Positions 52,379 through 64,000 of a stretch of 64,000 bases of DNA are shown one piece after another. Origin of the DNA: Felis catus. Its lineage: Eukaryota. The notes beneath the pieces were generated by a model. The model did not search any database. It worked only from the letters and a program-made list of their open reading frames with translations, and was not told where the DNA came from. The position numbers and the translations under genes were made by a program. How positions within the stretch are numbered: position 1 is the stretch's first letter; every line of letters begins with the position of its first letter. The stretch covers positions 159,280,001-159,344,000 of the forward strand of contig NC_058368.1 of the NCBI RefSeq assembly GCF_018350175.1. The letters run 5' to 3'.

Positions 52379-53758
52379 TAAAATTAACAGGGTTTGTGTA
52401 ATGGAATTTTGAAAAAGGAATAATTTCACAAAATAAAATAACAGAGGAAACAAAAATAAAATATATAAGTGGTAAAATCAAAATTAAATGAAATCCTATT
52501 TTTGAATTTTTCATAATGCATATATTGAGCTAATTTCCTCCAAAAGCATCTAGATTGATCTATAAAATGTCAGTAATGTAACAAGCAATGGTAAAAAATT
52601 AAGGGACTGCAAAAAATTAATCCAACAAATACAAAGAAATAATAGAAAAAAATTTAAGACAATGGCATAGTAGGACTCTAGGCTCCTCTCATACATTGAA
52701 CACAACTGGATAACTATCAAATGACTTTGAATGCCCAAGAAATCAACTTGAGGACTGAATGAACAAACTCCACAACTAGAGATAGAGAAGTCACATCGAG
52801 GAAAGTAGGAAGTACAGATATGTGGTTTAGGGGAGAGATGGGTCATGGGTGATGTGGGGGGAAGAAAGCCCTGGTTGCAGAGAAAGGTGTGAGAGAGAAG
52901 CACACAGGGGATCACAAGGAAATCACTTTGCCAAAGCCATTGGATGGGAAAATGAGTGGGGCTAGTTTTCATGAGTATTTGCAACCAGTGTGCCTTGAAG
53001 ACTGGAGTTTTAAAGATCTGTGGACTTGGCTAGAATAGAGCCTGAGGGCAATTTCCTATTCCTGGACAGAAGGCAGGCAAACAACCCTAGGACAGACTGC
53101 TTGATCTGAGGAGTACCAGGGGCACAAAGTAGGGAGATTATTTGCTCTTCTTGGAGTGTTTGGTTTAGGGTTCAGAGAGACACCTCCAGGGACAAAGGAA
53201 TTGGCTGGTAGTATCCTCCTCCCCCACCCCACCCCCCAGCATAAATTCAGAACCACCTTTTGTAAACAGCATAGTGCCAACACTGGCCATTTAACCTGCT
53301 TACACCAAGTCCTGCCACTCCTGCTCTCTGCCAATACTGCCCTTTTCTGACAAGCATGCCTTAGTCCCAGCACAGCAGGCCCCTTCCCCAGACCAGCAGA
53401 AAACCCAGCCCAAACCATGCCTCCTGGCCAGAGAGTTCTTCAGGACTTCAGTTCTAGTAGAAGTAGCATCAGATCTCATTTAACAAGCAGACCAGTGGTA
53501 AGTAGTTAAAACTTACCACACTCTGGCCAAAGTCCAAACATAGCCCAGTGCAGGCAAGGAGAGCCTCTGCAGACCACTGGCCTGAAGGATAGAGCAGCTC
53601 AAACATGGCAGCAGAGAGCAAACAGCAACATGAGAGAAACTTCCTGAAGCATCAGCCCGGAGTGTATGTGACCTTTTCTTTATAAAGCCATTACTTTCAG
53701 GAGCAGGAAACAAAACAGGCTTTTCTAACACAGAGAAGAAGACCCAAACTTAGACAAA

Positions 53759-54640
53759 ATGCCAAGACAGAGGAATTCATCTCAAAAGAAAGAACAAGAT
53801 AAGGTAATAGCCAGATATGTAATCAAAACAGATTTGAGTAATATGTCTGATGGAAAATTTAAAGCAACAACCATAAGGATACTTGCTGGACTAAAGAAAA
53901 AAATGCAAGACTTCAGGGAGGCTGTTTCCACAGAGATAAAAGAGTTAAAAAACAGAAATGAAAAATGCAATAACTGAGATTGGAAACAGACTAGTTGTAA
54001 AGAACACAAGAATAGAAGACACAGAGGTACAAATAAGTGATATAGAGGATAAAATAATGGAAAATAATGAAGCTGAACAAAATAGAGAATGAAGAAGTAT
54101 ACAACACAAGAATAGATTTAGGGAACTCAGTGATTCAATCACATGTAATCACATGTAATGCTATAGGAATCTCAAAGAAGAGAGAGAAAAGGGGGCAGAA
54201 AATTTATTTGAAGAAATAATAGCTGAAAATTCCCTAATCTGGGGAAGAAAACAGATATCCAGATCCAGGAGACACAGAGAACTAACAAAATCAACAAAAG
54301 CAATACCAAGACACATTGTAATAAAATTAGCTAACTATAGTGATAAAGAAAAAGTCCTAAAAGCAGCAAGACAACAAAGTCTCTGAAATACAAGGGAAAA
54401 CTGGTAAGTCTAGCTGGAGATTTCTCAACAGAAACTTGGCAAGCCAGAAAGGAGTGGCATGATATATTCAACATGCCGAATGGGAAAAATCGCAGCCAAG
54501 AATGCTCTATCTAGAACAGCTATCTTTCAGAATAGAAAGAGAGATAAAGACTTTCCCAGACAAACAAAAATTAAAGTAGTTTGTGACCACGAAACCAGAC
54601 CTCCAAAGTGGACTGCTTGAGTGGAAAGGAGAGACCAATA
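53759..54640 (+). pseudogene. L1 ORF1p remnant
   Basis: Frameshifted ORF1 fragments from the ATG at 53759. Confidence 0.8.
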
Positions 54641-54702
54641 GTGACAAAGACAAGAAAAACTCAAAGACAATCTCCAGAAACAATGAAAAAACAAGTAATA
54701 AA

Positions 54703-57200
54703 ATGGCACTAAAAATACATATCTATCAATAATTACTCTGAATGTAAATTGTTACACTCAAAAGACTTAGGGTGTTGGAATTGCTAAAAAAAGAAGACCC
54801 ATTGGTATGCTGCCTCTGAGGGACTCATTATAGACCAAAAGACACCTGCAGATTGAAAGTGAGCAGGTGGAGAAACATTTACTATGCAGATGAATGTCAA
54901 AGAAAGCCAGAGTGGCACTACTTATAAAAGACAACTTGGGCTTTGAAACAAAGACTATAACAAGAGACAAAGGATGGACACTATATAATCATAAAGGAGA
55001 CAATATACAGCAGGAAGATCTAACAACTAAAAGTATTTATGCCTCCAACATAGAGGAACCCAAATATATAAAAAAATTAATAATAAACATAAAGGAACTC
55101 ATGGGTAATAATACAATAATAGTAAGGGATTTTAACACCCCACTCACATCAATGGACATGTATCTAAGCAGAAAATCAACAAGGACACAATGGCCTTGAG
55201 TGACACACTGGACCACATGGACTTAACAGATATATTCAGAATACTCCATCCTAAAACAATAGGATACACATTCTTTTCAAGTGCACATGGGGCATTCTCC
55301 AGAACAGATCACATATTAGGTCATAAGTCAGGCCTCAACTAATGTAAAAAACTGAAGTCATACCATGCATCTTTTCTGACAACAATGCTATGAAACTAGA
55401 AGTCAACCACAAGAAAAAATCTGGAAAGACCACAAATACATGGAAGTTAAGCAACATGCTACAAACAATGAATGGGTCAGCCAGGAAATAAAAGAAGAAA
55501 TAAAAAAAATACATGGAGAGAAATGAAAATGAAAACAGAGTGGCCCAAAACCTTAGGGATGCAGCAAAAGTAGTTCTAAGAAGTATATAGCAGTACAGGT
55601 CTACCTTGAGAAGCAAGAAATATCTCAAATAAACAACCTAACCTTACATGTAAAGAAGCTAGGAAAAGAACAACAAACAAAGTCTAAAGCCAGCAGAAGG
55701 AGGGAAACAATAAAGATTAGAGCAGAAATAAATAACAAAGAAACTAAAAAAAAAAAAAAATAGAACAGATCAATGAAACCAGGAGCTGATTCTTTGAAAA
55801 AATTAATAAAATTATAAAACCCCTAGCCAGGAAGGATTCAATTAAATAGAATCACAAATGAGAGAGGAGAAATCACAACCAATAACACAGAAGTACAAAC
55901 AGTTATAAAAGAATATTTTGAAAAATTATATGCCAACAAATTTGACAATCTAGAAGAGATGGAAAATTCCTAGAAATATATAAACTACCAAAAGTGAAAC
56001 AAGAAGAAATAGAAAACTTGAACAGGCTGATAACCTGCAAAGAATTGAATCAGTAATCAAAGAAGTCCCAACAAACAAAAGTTCAGGACCAGATGACTTC
56101 ACAGGTGAATTCTACCAAACATTTAAAGAGTTAATACCTATTCTTCTCAAACTGTTCCAAGAAATGGAAATGGAAGGAAATCTTCCAAATTCATTCTCTG
56201 CAGCCAGCATTATCCAAATACCAAAACCAAAGACTCTACTAAAAAGATAACTACAGGCCAGTATCTTTGATAAATTTGGATGCACAAATTCTCAGTAAAA
56301 TACTAGCAAATTGAATCCAACAGTACATTAAAAATATTCACCACGATCAAGTGGGATTTACTCCTGGGCAGAAAGTGTGGTTCAGTATTCTCAAATCAAT
56401 CAATGTGATACACCACACTAATAAAAGAAGGAATAAGAATCATACAATCATTTCAATAGATGCAGAAAAAGCATTTGAAAAAATACAGCATCCATTCTTG
56501 ATAAAAACCTTCAACAAAGTAGGGTTAGAGGGAACCTACCTCAATATAATAAAGGTCATACACACAAAAAAAAAAAACAACAGCTGATATCATTCACAGT
56601 GGAAAAACTGAGATTTTCTTCTGTGGTCAAAATCTAGACAAGGATGTACATTCTCAGCACTGTAACTTAACATACTACTGGAAGTCCTAACAACAGCAGT
56701 CAGACAATTAAAAGAAATAAATTTTTCCAAATCAACAAGGAAGAGGTCAAACTTAAACTATTTGCAGATGTCATGATACTTTACATAGATAAATCAAAAG
56801 TCTCCACCAAAAAATTGCTAGAACTGATATGTGAATCCAACAAAGTCACAGGATACAAAATCAACATACAGAAATCTGTTGCATTTCTATACATTGATAA
56901 TTAAACAGCAGAAATTGAAATTAAGGAATCAATCCCATTTAAATTGCACCAAAAGCAGTAAGATACCTAGAAATAAACCTAACCAAAGAGATGAAAGACT
57001 TGTCCTCTGAAAACTATAAAATACAATAAGAGAAATTGAAAATGACACAAAGTAATGGAAAGAAATTCCATGTTCATGGGTTGAAATAACAAGCATTGTT
57101 AAAATGTCTATATTACCCAGAGCAATTTACATACTTAGTGCAATTCTTATCAAAATGTCAGCAGGATTTTTCATAAAAATACAAGAAACAGTCCTAAAAT
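54703..57200 (+). pseudogene. L1 ORF2p (endonuclease/reverse transcriptase) remnant
   Basis: ORF-track pieces 54894-55199 and 56351-56587 match ORF2p; FADD motif degenerate (FADV) near 56761. Confidence 0.88.
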
Positions 57201-57669
57201 AAATGTTTTGTACCAAAACATTTAAAATATTGGTCTCTGTATTCTCATGTGAAGAATTGCAATTATAGGATTAGATAATGTATGATTACCTTTCATTTAT
57301 AAGATTCTTTTAACTTTAATTTAAAAATGGTGAAAATTCAATTATATGCAAATAGTTAGCAGCAAAGTATGATTGGGAAGATAAGGTTATAATCCAAAGA
57401 TTATTGTCATATTAGGAATGAGGTATGCTGGGATTTAAGTTGTTGCTTTAGTTTTATTTTGTTGACGTAAATATGAGAGTACATATATAGCCAAAGGTGG
57501 CGGTGAACTTGTCCTTCTTTTCATCTCTGTTCTTCTCCTTCCTTGGAGTTTTATCTCATAATATTCTGCCACCCCTTGAAACAATTTTCATGTCAGAAGG
57601 TTATGACAGTTTATGATCTCTCTAAAATATTTTCCATGGTTTTATAAATATTGGCATGTTGTTCAAATA

Positions 57670-58146
57670 TTTTTTTTATTTTATTTATTTATTCATTTGT
57701 TTATTTTTAAAGTTTTTAAATTCCAGTTAACATACAATGTAATATTAGTTTCAGTGGTACAATGTAGTGATTCAAAACTTCCATATATTTGGTGCTCACA
57801 AGTGCACTCCTTAATCTCCATCACCTATTTAACTCATAACCACACTCACCTCCCTTATAGTAATCATCAGTTTGTTCTCTGTAGTTAAGAGTCTGTTTTA
57901 TGGTTTGCCACTCTCTCTTTTTCCCCCCTTTGCTCGTTTGCTTCGTTTCTTAAATTCCACATATGAGTGGAATCAGATGGTACTTGTCTTTCTCTGACTT
58001 ATTTTGCTTAGCATTATACTTTCTAGCTCTATCCACATTGTTGCAAATGGCAAATTTTTTCTTTTTTATGGCTTAGTAGTATTTCATTGTGTATATATAC
58101 CATGTCTTCTTTTTCCATTCAGTGGACGCTTGGGCTGTTTCCATAG
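57670..58146 (-). mobile_element. Carnivore L1 3' end, 5'-truncated
   Basis: T-rich tail then reverse L1 3'UTR (ttccagttaacatacaatgt...ttctctgacttattttgcttagcatt). Confidence 0.88.
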
Positions 58147-59599
58147 GTTTTGTTTGTTTTTTCTCCCCACAAATAAACACAGAAAAACTGAGTTGTTACT
58201 TTAAGTATGAAGAAACTTGTTGATAAAGCATATTAAAATAAAGAGACAAGTACCCCTTTAAATATGAATCATGGAATAAAGACTTTCATGGTTCCTATAC
58301 TACCAGTCTCTTACTTTTCATTGAGATCTCTTTACTCTGTATAATTCATATTTGGGGAAGAGAAATGAAGTATAAGATAGAGGAAGGGACAGTAGAGAAA
58401 AGTGAAGTTAGCTATAAGAGGAAAAGCCAAGAAAAGAAGGCAAATGGAAAAAGGAAAGAGAAACAGACAAAATAGAAAAGAAAAAAATGAGCAATAAAAA
58501 ATGGACATGAATGGACTGACAAGAAGAATACTGAACTATGAGAAACTGTCTGCCCACAATTAATCTTACATAACTTGAAGTAAGAAAATACACACAGTGT
58601 TAAAGGTTTTTGGTTTTGTTTTGTTTTTGTTTTTTAAAGCAGGTGCTTATGTGGCTATTTTATGTGCCAGGTTTCCACGTTAAGAAGGATTTTAATAACA
58701 TCACTTAAACACCCCATACTGTGCCATCTATGCAAGAATAATTGATTAGAGTGCTGTTGTTGCCATGCCTTAGTATTCATTTAAATGTATACAAGATGAT
58801 TTGTTATGTAAATATGATGTAAATGAATCCATTGCTACTTCAAGGCAGGAGACTCTGGATGACTCAATGCTATCATATCCACCTAGGGCAGGCAGTTAGG
58901 AAACATAAAAGCAGCATTAACTACTGAGAGTGTTTATAAAAGAGGCCAGGCTGATAGGGATTTGACTGGTCTGGATGCTGTTCAAGGTGGAGCTCTTTTC
59001 CAAATGTAATTCTATCTGTTATGTTGCATAAACCTCCAGTTAATTTATCTTTTTCCATTGAGAATCCAAATCACACATAATATAATTGCCTTTGTAAGTA
59101 GACTATCCATCATGGCTAATGATGCAAAGATGAACCGGATGGCCAAAGGTCTGATACATTTATCCTTTACAGAATGAAGGAAAAGAACATCTCACTTTTT
59201 ACATATATAATAAGTCTCTAATAGGTAGAAATGTTTTGAATTCTTGAAATAGTTCAGTTTTGATCAGGATACAATTGGCCATCTCTAACCTATAAGTAGA
59301 TTGAATTTCAGCAATGTTATCTCAGTGCAGAACATGTTTTCCTACAGGAGAATGTTAAACCAGAGATCTAGTTCCTAGGCTAGCTCACATAAGCCTTCAT
59401 TTTTTTTTGACCTCACATATTATGGACACCCTTTATGTGCCAGGCAATCTTCCAGGTACTTGAAATACAGCAGTGAACAACAGAGATGAGTCATTGCCCA
59501 CATAGAGGAATAAACAATCTCATAAAATTGTCTTAAGTGCTATAAAGAAATAGACAAGGAGGATTCAAAGTGATAGGACATGTGATTTAGATAGGTTTA

Positions 59600-60000
59600 A
59601 GATAGGTTCTGTGAGATATTAAGCAGATACTGAGACAGAGGTTCAAGATGTTTATTAGTTATTAACACCTGTGAAATGAGGAAGAAAAAAGTAGAAATGG
59701 GCAGAGCAAGGAGTCCAGTTATGACGCAAGCCAGACAAAGCCTTAGTCAACCCATTTGGGAACTGTTAAGTGAGTATTGTCCATTAAAATGTTCCCACAG
59801 TGTGTTTTATACATGCCTTTCTCAACCAGTCAGTGTAGACTGTTATAGGAAAGGCATTCTTGGAGTGGGCCATTTTCTGCAAAGGAGGTACACCGATGGA
59901 GCTGACAGTTAGAGGCTGTCTGCTGATTGTACTCCCCACCGCTGAAAGTGTGTTCTTCCTTGAAATGGGATCTAGGGGACACATTTTCATATCTAACACA
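59600..60000 (-). mobile_element. LTR16-like (ERVL) LTR relic within L2
   Basis: aagcagatactgagacagag...atgtttattag...acacctgtgaa...cagacaaagccttagtcaaccc. Confidence 0.55.
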
Positions 60001-60066
60001 GTAGGATAAGGAGGAAAGTTTTTTTTGGAACAGAAAACTGAAAGAAATACAAAAATGAACTTTGCT

Positions 60067-60179
60067 TTTATATATATACATATATATACATATACATATA
60101 TATATATGCAAAGCAATATAACATATATATATAAGCAAAGCAATATAACTTATACATATAAGCAAAGTGATAGAACTTT

Positions 60180-60235
<56 letters not shown>
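60067..60235. repeat. (TA)n microsatellite with an embedded 27-bp tandem unit
   Basis: gcaaagcaatataac...tataa repeated about 2.2 times inside TA runs. Confidence 0.9.
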
Positions 60236-60238
<3 letters not shown>

Positions 60239-60239
60239 A

Positions 60240-60975
60240 AAGGCAGAGGGTACAGCAATTACAAAGATTCTGAGTGAAGAACATGTTTGATATTTAAGGA
60301 ACAACAAGAAGAGTAGCCAGTGTGGCTTGAACAAAATAAGATAGAAGAATAACACAAAAATGACTTCAGTGTGGGCAGAACTGAGGATTACGGATATTAA
60401 GTGTGATGGGAGGATTTTAGACTTGGAATGGTCTGGCTCACATTTTAAAATAATTTCTGAAGCTGCCTCATAGAGAATTAACTGCAGAGAAGTCAGAAAT
60501 CTGGGAGATAGGATTGAAAGCTATTGCAATAATCCACCAAGAAATTGAGGACTTAGACTAGGATGGAAGCTATTGAAGTAATGAGAATTGGTCAGATTCA
60601 ATTATACTTTGGAGTTCAAGCCAACAGAATTTGCTTATAAAATGGATGTGGAAGTATGTGTGTGAGAGAGAGTGTCACCAAAGTTGACCCCCTGGTTTTT
60701 GGCCAGGAAACCTAGGTGAAGAGTGGTGCTTTATTTGAAGATGAAGAATGTGGGTAATGAGCATTTTCAGATCTCTAACTGGGAATTTGAAATCTCATTA
60801 AGTAAGCATAGTAAATTTGAATGGAGATATTAAACTAGCCAGTGAATATTCAAATAAAATTTCAAGGGTGTAGTCACAGCTAAACACATAGATGACATTT
60901 AAAGTCATTGGACAGGACAAGATGATAACACCAAAAGAATGAATGTTTATGATAGAAAGGATATGGTGATTGAGT
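60240..60975 (-). mobile_element. L2 relic
   Basis: Purine-rich text such as gctattgcaataatcca, ggtcagattc, aagccaacagaatttgct is typical of reverse L2. Confidence 0.65.
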
Positions 60976-61524
60976 TCTCTGTAACTCAATCTTAGTCAGG
61001 GTTGGCTTGGTTATAATGTGGTAACAAATAGCCCCCTTATGTCTCACCCATTCTAAATGTTTAAAGTAGATTAGCTGAGGTTTATTTCTACTTTTTCTTT
61101 ACTTTAGGATTCCAGTTAAAGAGTTGCCACTTATGTGAAACTTTGGAGGTCATCATGACAGAAAGAAAGAGAATGTGACAAAGTATATACAGGCTTCTAA
61201 AGCTTCTGCCTGTGACACATGCTGCTTGCACTCAGATTACAGTGACCCAAAACAAGTCATCTTGTATCTAATTACAAGTGGATTGGGAAGTGCAGTATTA
61301 CCCTATATACTAAAGAAAAAAAAGTTAAAATGTTTGTGAACAATCCTAATGAACTTCACAGTTACTTCAAACTTTTGAGGTAAAGAAAAGATGATCTGGC
61401 AAATGATATTGAGTAGAAGTGGCTAAATAGGAGAAAAAAGGTATAAAAAGTATTTAAAGAATAAGACATCTATTTTATCTATGAAGCATCAACTTTTTTT
61501 TAAACAATATAGGAAGCTGACTTT

Positions 61525-61885
61525 CAATTTCTGTTTCCACATGTAAGGAGCTTATAAGTTGCCATCCTAACAACTAAAAAGCTTAACAGACAAAAAAATC
61601 AGCAACTCTTCTTGGGTTCCTAAGAGAGGGGAAGACGCAGTATAAACTACTGCTTATAGAATTGGAGAGACAGGAAAAATCAGGGAGGCATGGCTTACCA
61701 GAGTAGAAGTTCAGAGAGAAAACCACAGGGGGAACCAGTGCCCAGTAGGAAAACCTGAACTGTAATTGATGAATTGCTAGACACTTAGTGTGGACAAGTC
61801 TGAGAATTAAAAACTCCAAGGGAACCCTGTCATAGGGAGGTCCCACAAAATTATGAGATTTACTCCAGGAGCTTGACTAGAATAT
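61525..61885 (+). mobile_element. Old L1 5' end fragment
   Basis: aatcagcaactcttcttgg...ggagagacagg...gtggacaagtctgagaattaaaaactcca resembles an L1M 5'UTR. Confidence 0.55.
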
Positions 61886-62030
61886 GTGGAACAAACAAGA
61901 CATAGTCAGTGGAAAGCTCAGGAAAAAAACTTCAGGGAGTATGGGGAGTGATGATGAGAACAAGAGTACAAAGGAGGAAAGACGGGATATGCATATACTA
62001 GATATAACAATCAAAACATCTGAGCCAACG

Positions 62031-62243
62031 TTTTTTTTTTTTATTTTTTTTCTAATGTTTATTTATTTCTGAGAGACAGAGTGCGAGCAAGGGAGGGACA
62101 GAGAGAGAGGTACAGAATCCAAAGCAGGCTCCAGGCTCTGAGCTGTCAGCACAGAACCTGACGCGGGGCTTGGACCCACAAAGCACAAGATCATGACCTG
62201 AGCCGTAGTCGGTACTAAACCCACTGAGCCACCCAGGCACCCC
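62031..62243 (-). mobile_element. Can-SINE
   Basis: TSD tg(a/c)gccaac(g/a)ttt. Confidence 0.95.
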
Positions 62244-62974
62244 TGCGCCAACATTTCTTTACAGGAGAGAATTGTCTATCAGAGGCAGGCTAGGGGGCCA
62301 GGATACTAAGCGATCCTGTACCCACCAATGCACAACTGTCTGATCAGGCATGTCCACCTCACCCAAAGAGAGCTAATTCACACAGCTCTTGGCATGACAT
62401 AGAAATTACTGAACTAGAAAATTTGAGTTTAAAAGAATAGAGAGATTTAAGGGAATCGAAGTCAAGAAGTAAGAAGAGGATTTAGGGGTAGGATGGACAC
62501 AAGGTAACTAATATTCAGAAGGAGAACCTACTTTTAAACTAAACTTTTAGTTAGAGATAGTACGTGTAATGTAAAAGGAAAAAAATTAAACAGGTAAAGA
62601 AGGAAACTCTGCAAAGTTACAGAGAATAGCTGAATAGGGCTAATGGCACTGAAAGTGAAGGTGATGGAGCTCTTAGGTACATAGTGCATATTATGAAACC
62701 TGGCTACATGCTATTTCCTGTTGTGTTAGTCTTGGAAATTTGTGATTTCCATGCCCTTTGTTTGCTAGGAATGAGAATATAATATGTCCTACATAATTTG
62801 AGGTAATTTTGGTTCTTTGAATATGAGTCTGTCAGAAGAAATATTTAAGAAATGGAGTGGTTAGAATCTTCCATTGATACTATGATGTCAGTAGACAAAA
62901 TTAGGGGTGGTGAGATATTGCTTCATTTTTTCTATTCCACACTGTCAGTTTTATGTTTTCACCTTCTGCATTCT

Positions 62975-64000
62975 TTAAACTTAATTTTTCATTGAAGTGT
63001 AGTTGACATACACTGTTACATTAGTCACAGGTGTACAATATGGTGATTTAACAAGTCTATATGTTATGCTATGCTCACCACAAGTGTAGCTACCATCTGT
63101 CACCATATAACACTATCACAATTCTATTGATTATATTTTCTATTCTGTAATTTTTATTCCCATGACTTATTCATTCCATATCTCCCACTCCCTTTCACCT
63201 ATTTTCCCCATCTCCCTACTTCCTCCAATCTGGCAACTGTCACTTCTCTATATTTATGAGTGTTTATCTTCTTTTTGTTTGTTTATTTGTTTTATTTTTT
63301 GGATTGCACATATAAGTGAAATATTATGGTATTTTTCTCTATCTGATTTATTTCACTTATGTCACAAATGTCAAGATCTCATTTTTGTGACTAATATTCC
63401 ATTGTGTGGAATATACATATATTATGTATATATATGTATATATACATATACACACATACATAATATGTATCACATTTCATTACTCAATTATTTGTTAATG
63501 AACACTTGGGTTGCTTCCATATCTTGGCTATTATAAATAGTGTTGCAGTAAACACAGGGGTGCATATAGCTTTTCAAACTGGTGTTTTCATTTTATTTGA
63601 GTAAATACCCAGTAGTGGAATTACTAGATCATAGAGTATTTCTGTTTTTAGTTTTTTTGGTTTTTTTTTTGGCATCTCCATACTCTTTTCCATAGTGGCT
63701 GCATCAATTTACATTCCCACCAATGGTACATGAGAGATACTTTTTCTCCACATTCTCACCAAGCCTTGCTATTGTTTGTCTTTTTAATTATAGCCATTCT
63801 AATTTGAACAAACCAATCGACAAACATATTCCCTAAGCTTGATTGGCCATCTGTATATCTTCTTTGGAAAAATGTGCATTCGAGTCCTCTGTTCATTTTT
63901 TTAAATTGGATTATTTTTTTAGTGTTGAATTATATAAGTTCTTTATATATTTTGGATATTACCCCTTATCAGATATATCACTTGCAAATATTTTTTCTGT
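62975..64000 (-). mobile_element. L1 3' end (L1MA9/carnivore-like), runs off the window
   Basis: attgaagtgtagttgacata...aaatacccagtagtggaatt...aatttacattcccaccaa, reverse L1. Confidence 0.9.

Larger units (their letters stand above)
52645..57200 (+). mobile_element. Decayed carnivore L1: 5'UTR, ORF1 and ORF2 (EN and RT); 3' end missing
   Basis: ORF1 start MPRQRNSSQKKEQ at 53759; ORF2 motifs [32 protein letters not shown]; many stops and frameshifts. Confidence 0.95.

Noticed and set aside
52645..57200. Active L1
   Set aside because: Multiple stops and frameshifts, a degenerate RT motif, a CpG-decayed 5'UTR and a missing 3' end.
125..63536. ORF-track entries as protein-coding genes
   Set aside because: All are short (60-144 aa) and many start at TTG or GTG. 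They come from SINEs (MAQSVK... peptides), microsatellites or L1 remnants, or are chance ORFs with no recognisable host protein.
1..64000. CRISPR array, operon or other prokaryotic or viral system; tRNA or rRNA genes
   Set aside because: The sequence is clearly mammalian. There is no regularly spaced repeat-spacer array and no long ORF, and the tRNA-like A/B boxes belong to SINE heads.

Overview
AT-rich mammalian non-coding DNA, intronic or intergenic. About 24 carnivore tRNA-derived SINEs of SINEC_Fc type indicate a felid (cat-like) genome. Much of the window is interspersed repeats: Can-SINEs (many with clear target-site duplications), a 4.5-kb decayed L1 with 5'UTR, ORF1 and partial ORF2, other L1 fragments, L2/MIR relics, MaLR/ERV solo LTRs, hAT (MER3/MER5) relics and microsatellites. 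No protein-coding gene could be identified. The listed ORFs are repeat-derived or chance. The most striking structure is a perfect inverted repeat with 107-bp arms and a 19-nt spacer at 44003-44235. Several short candidate exons on the minus strand, best a 36-nt frame-preserving one at 30958-30993, suggest an unidentified spliced host transcript. Repeat subfamily names are recognised by eye and boundaries are approximate.
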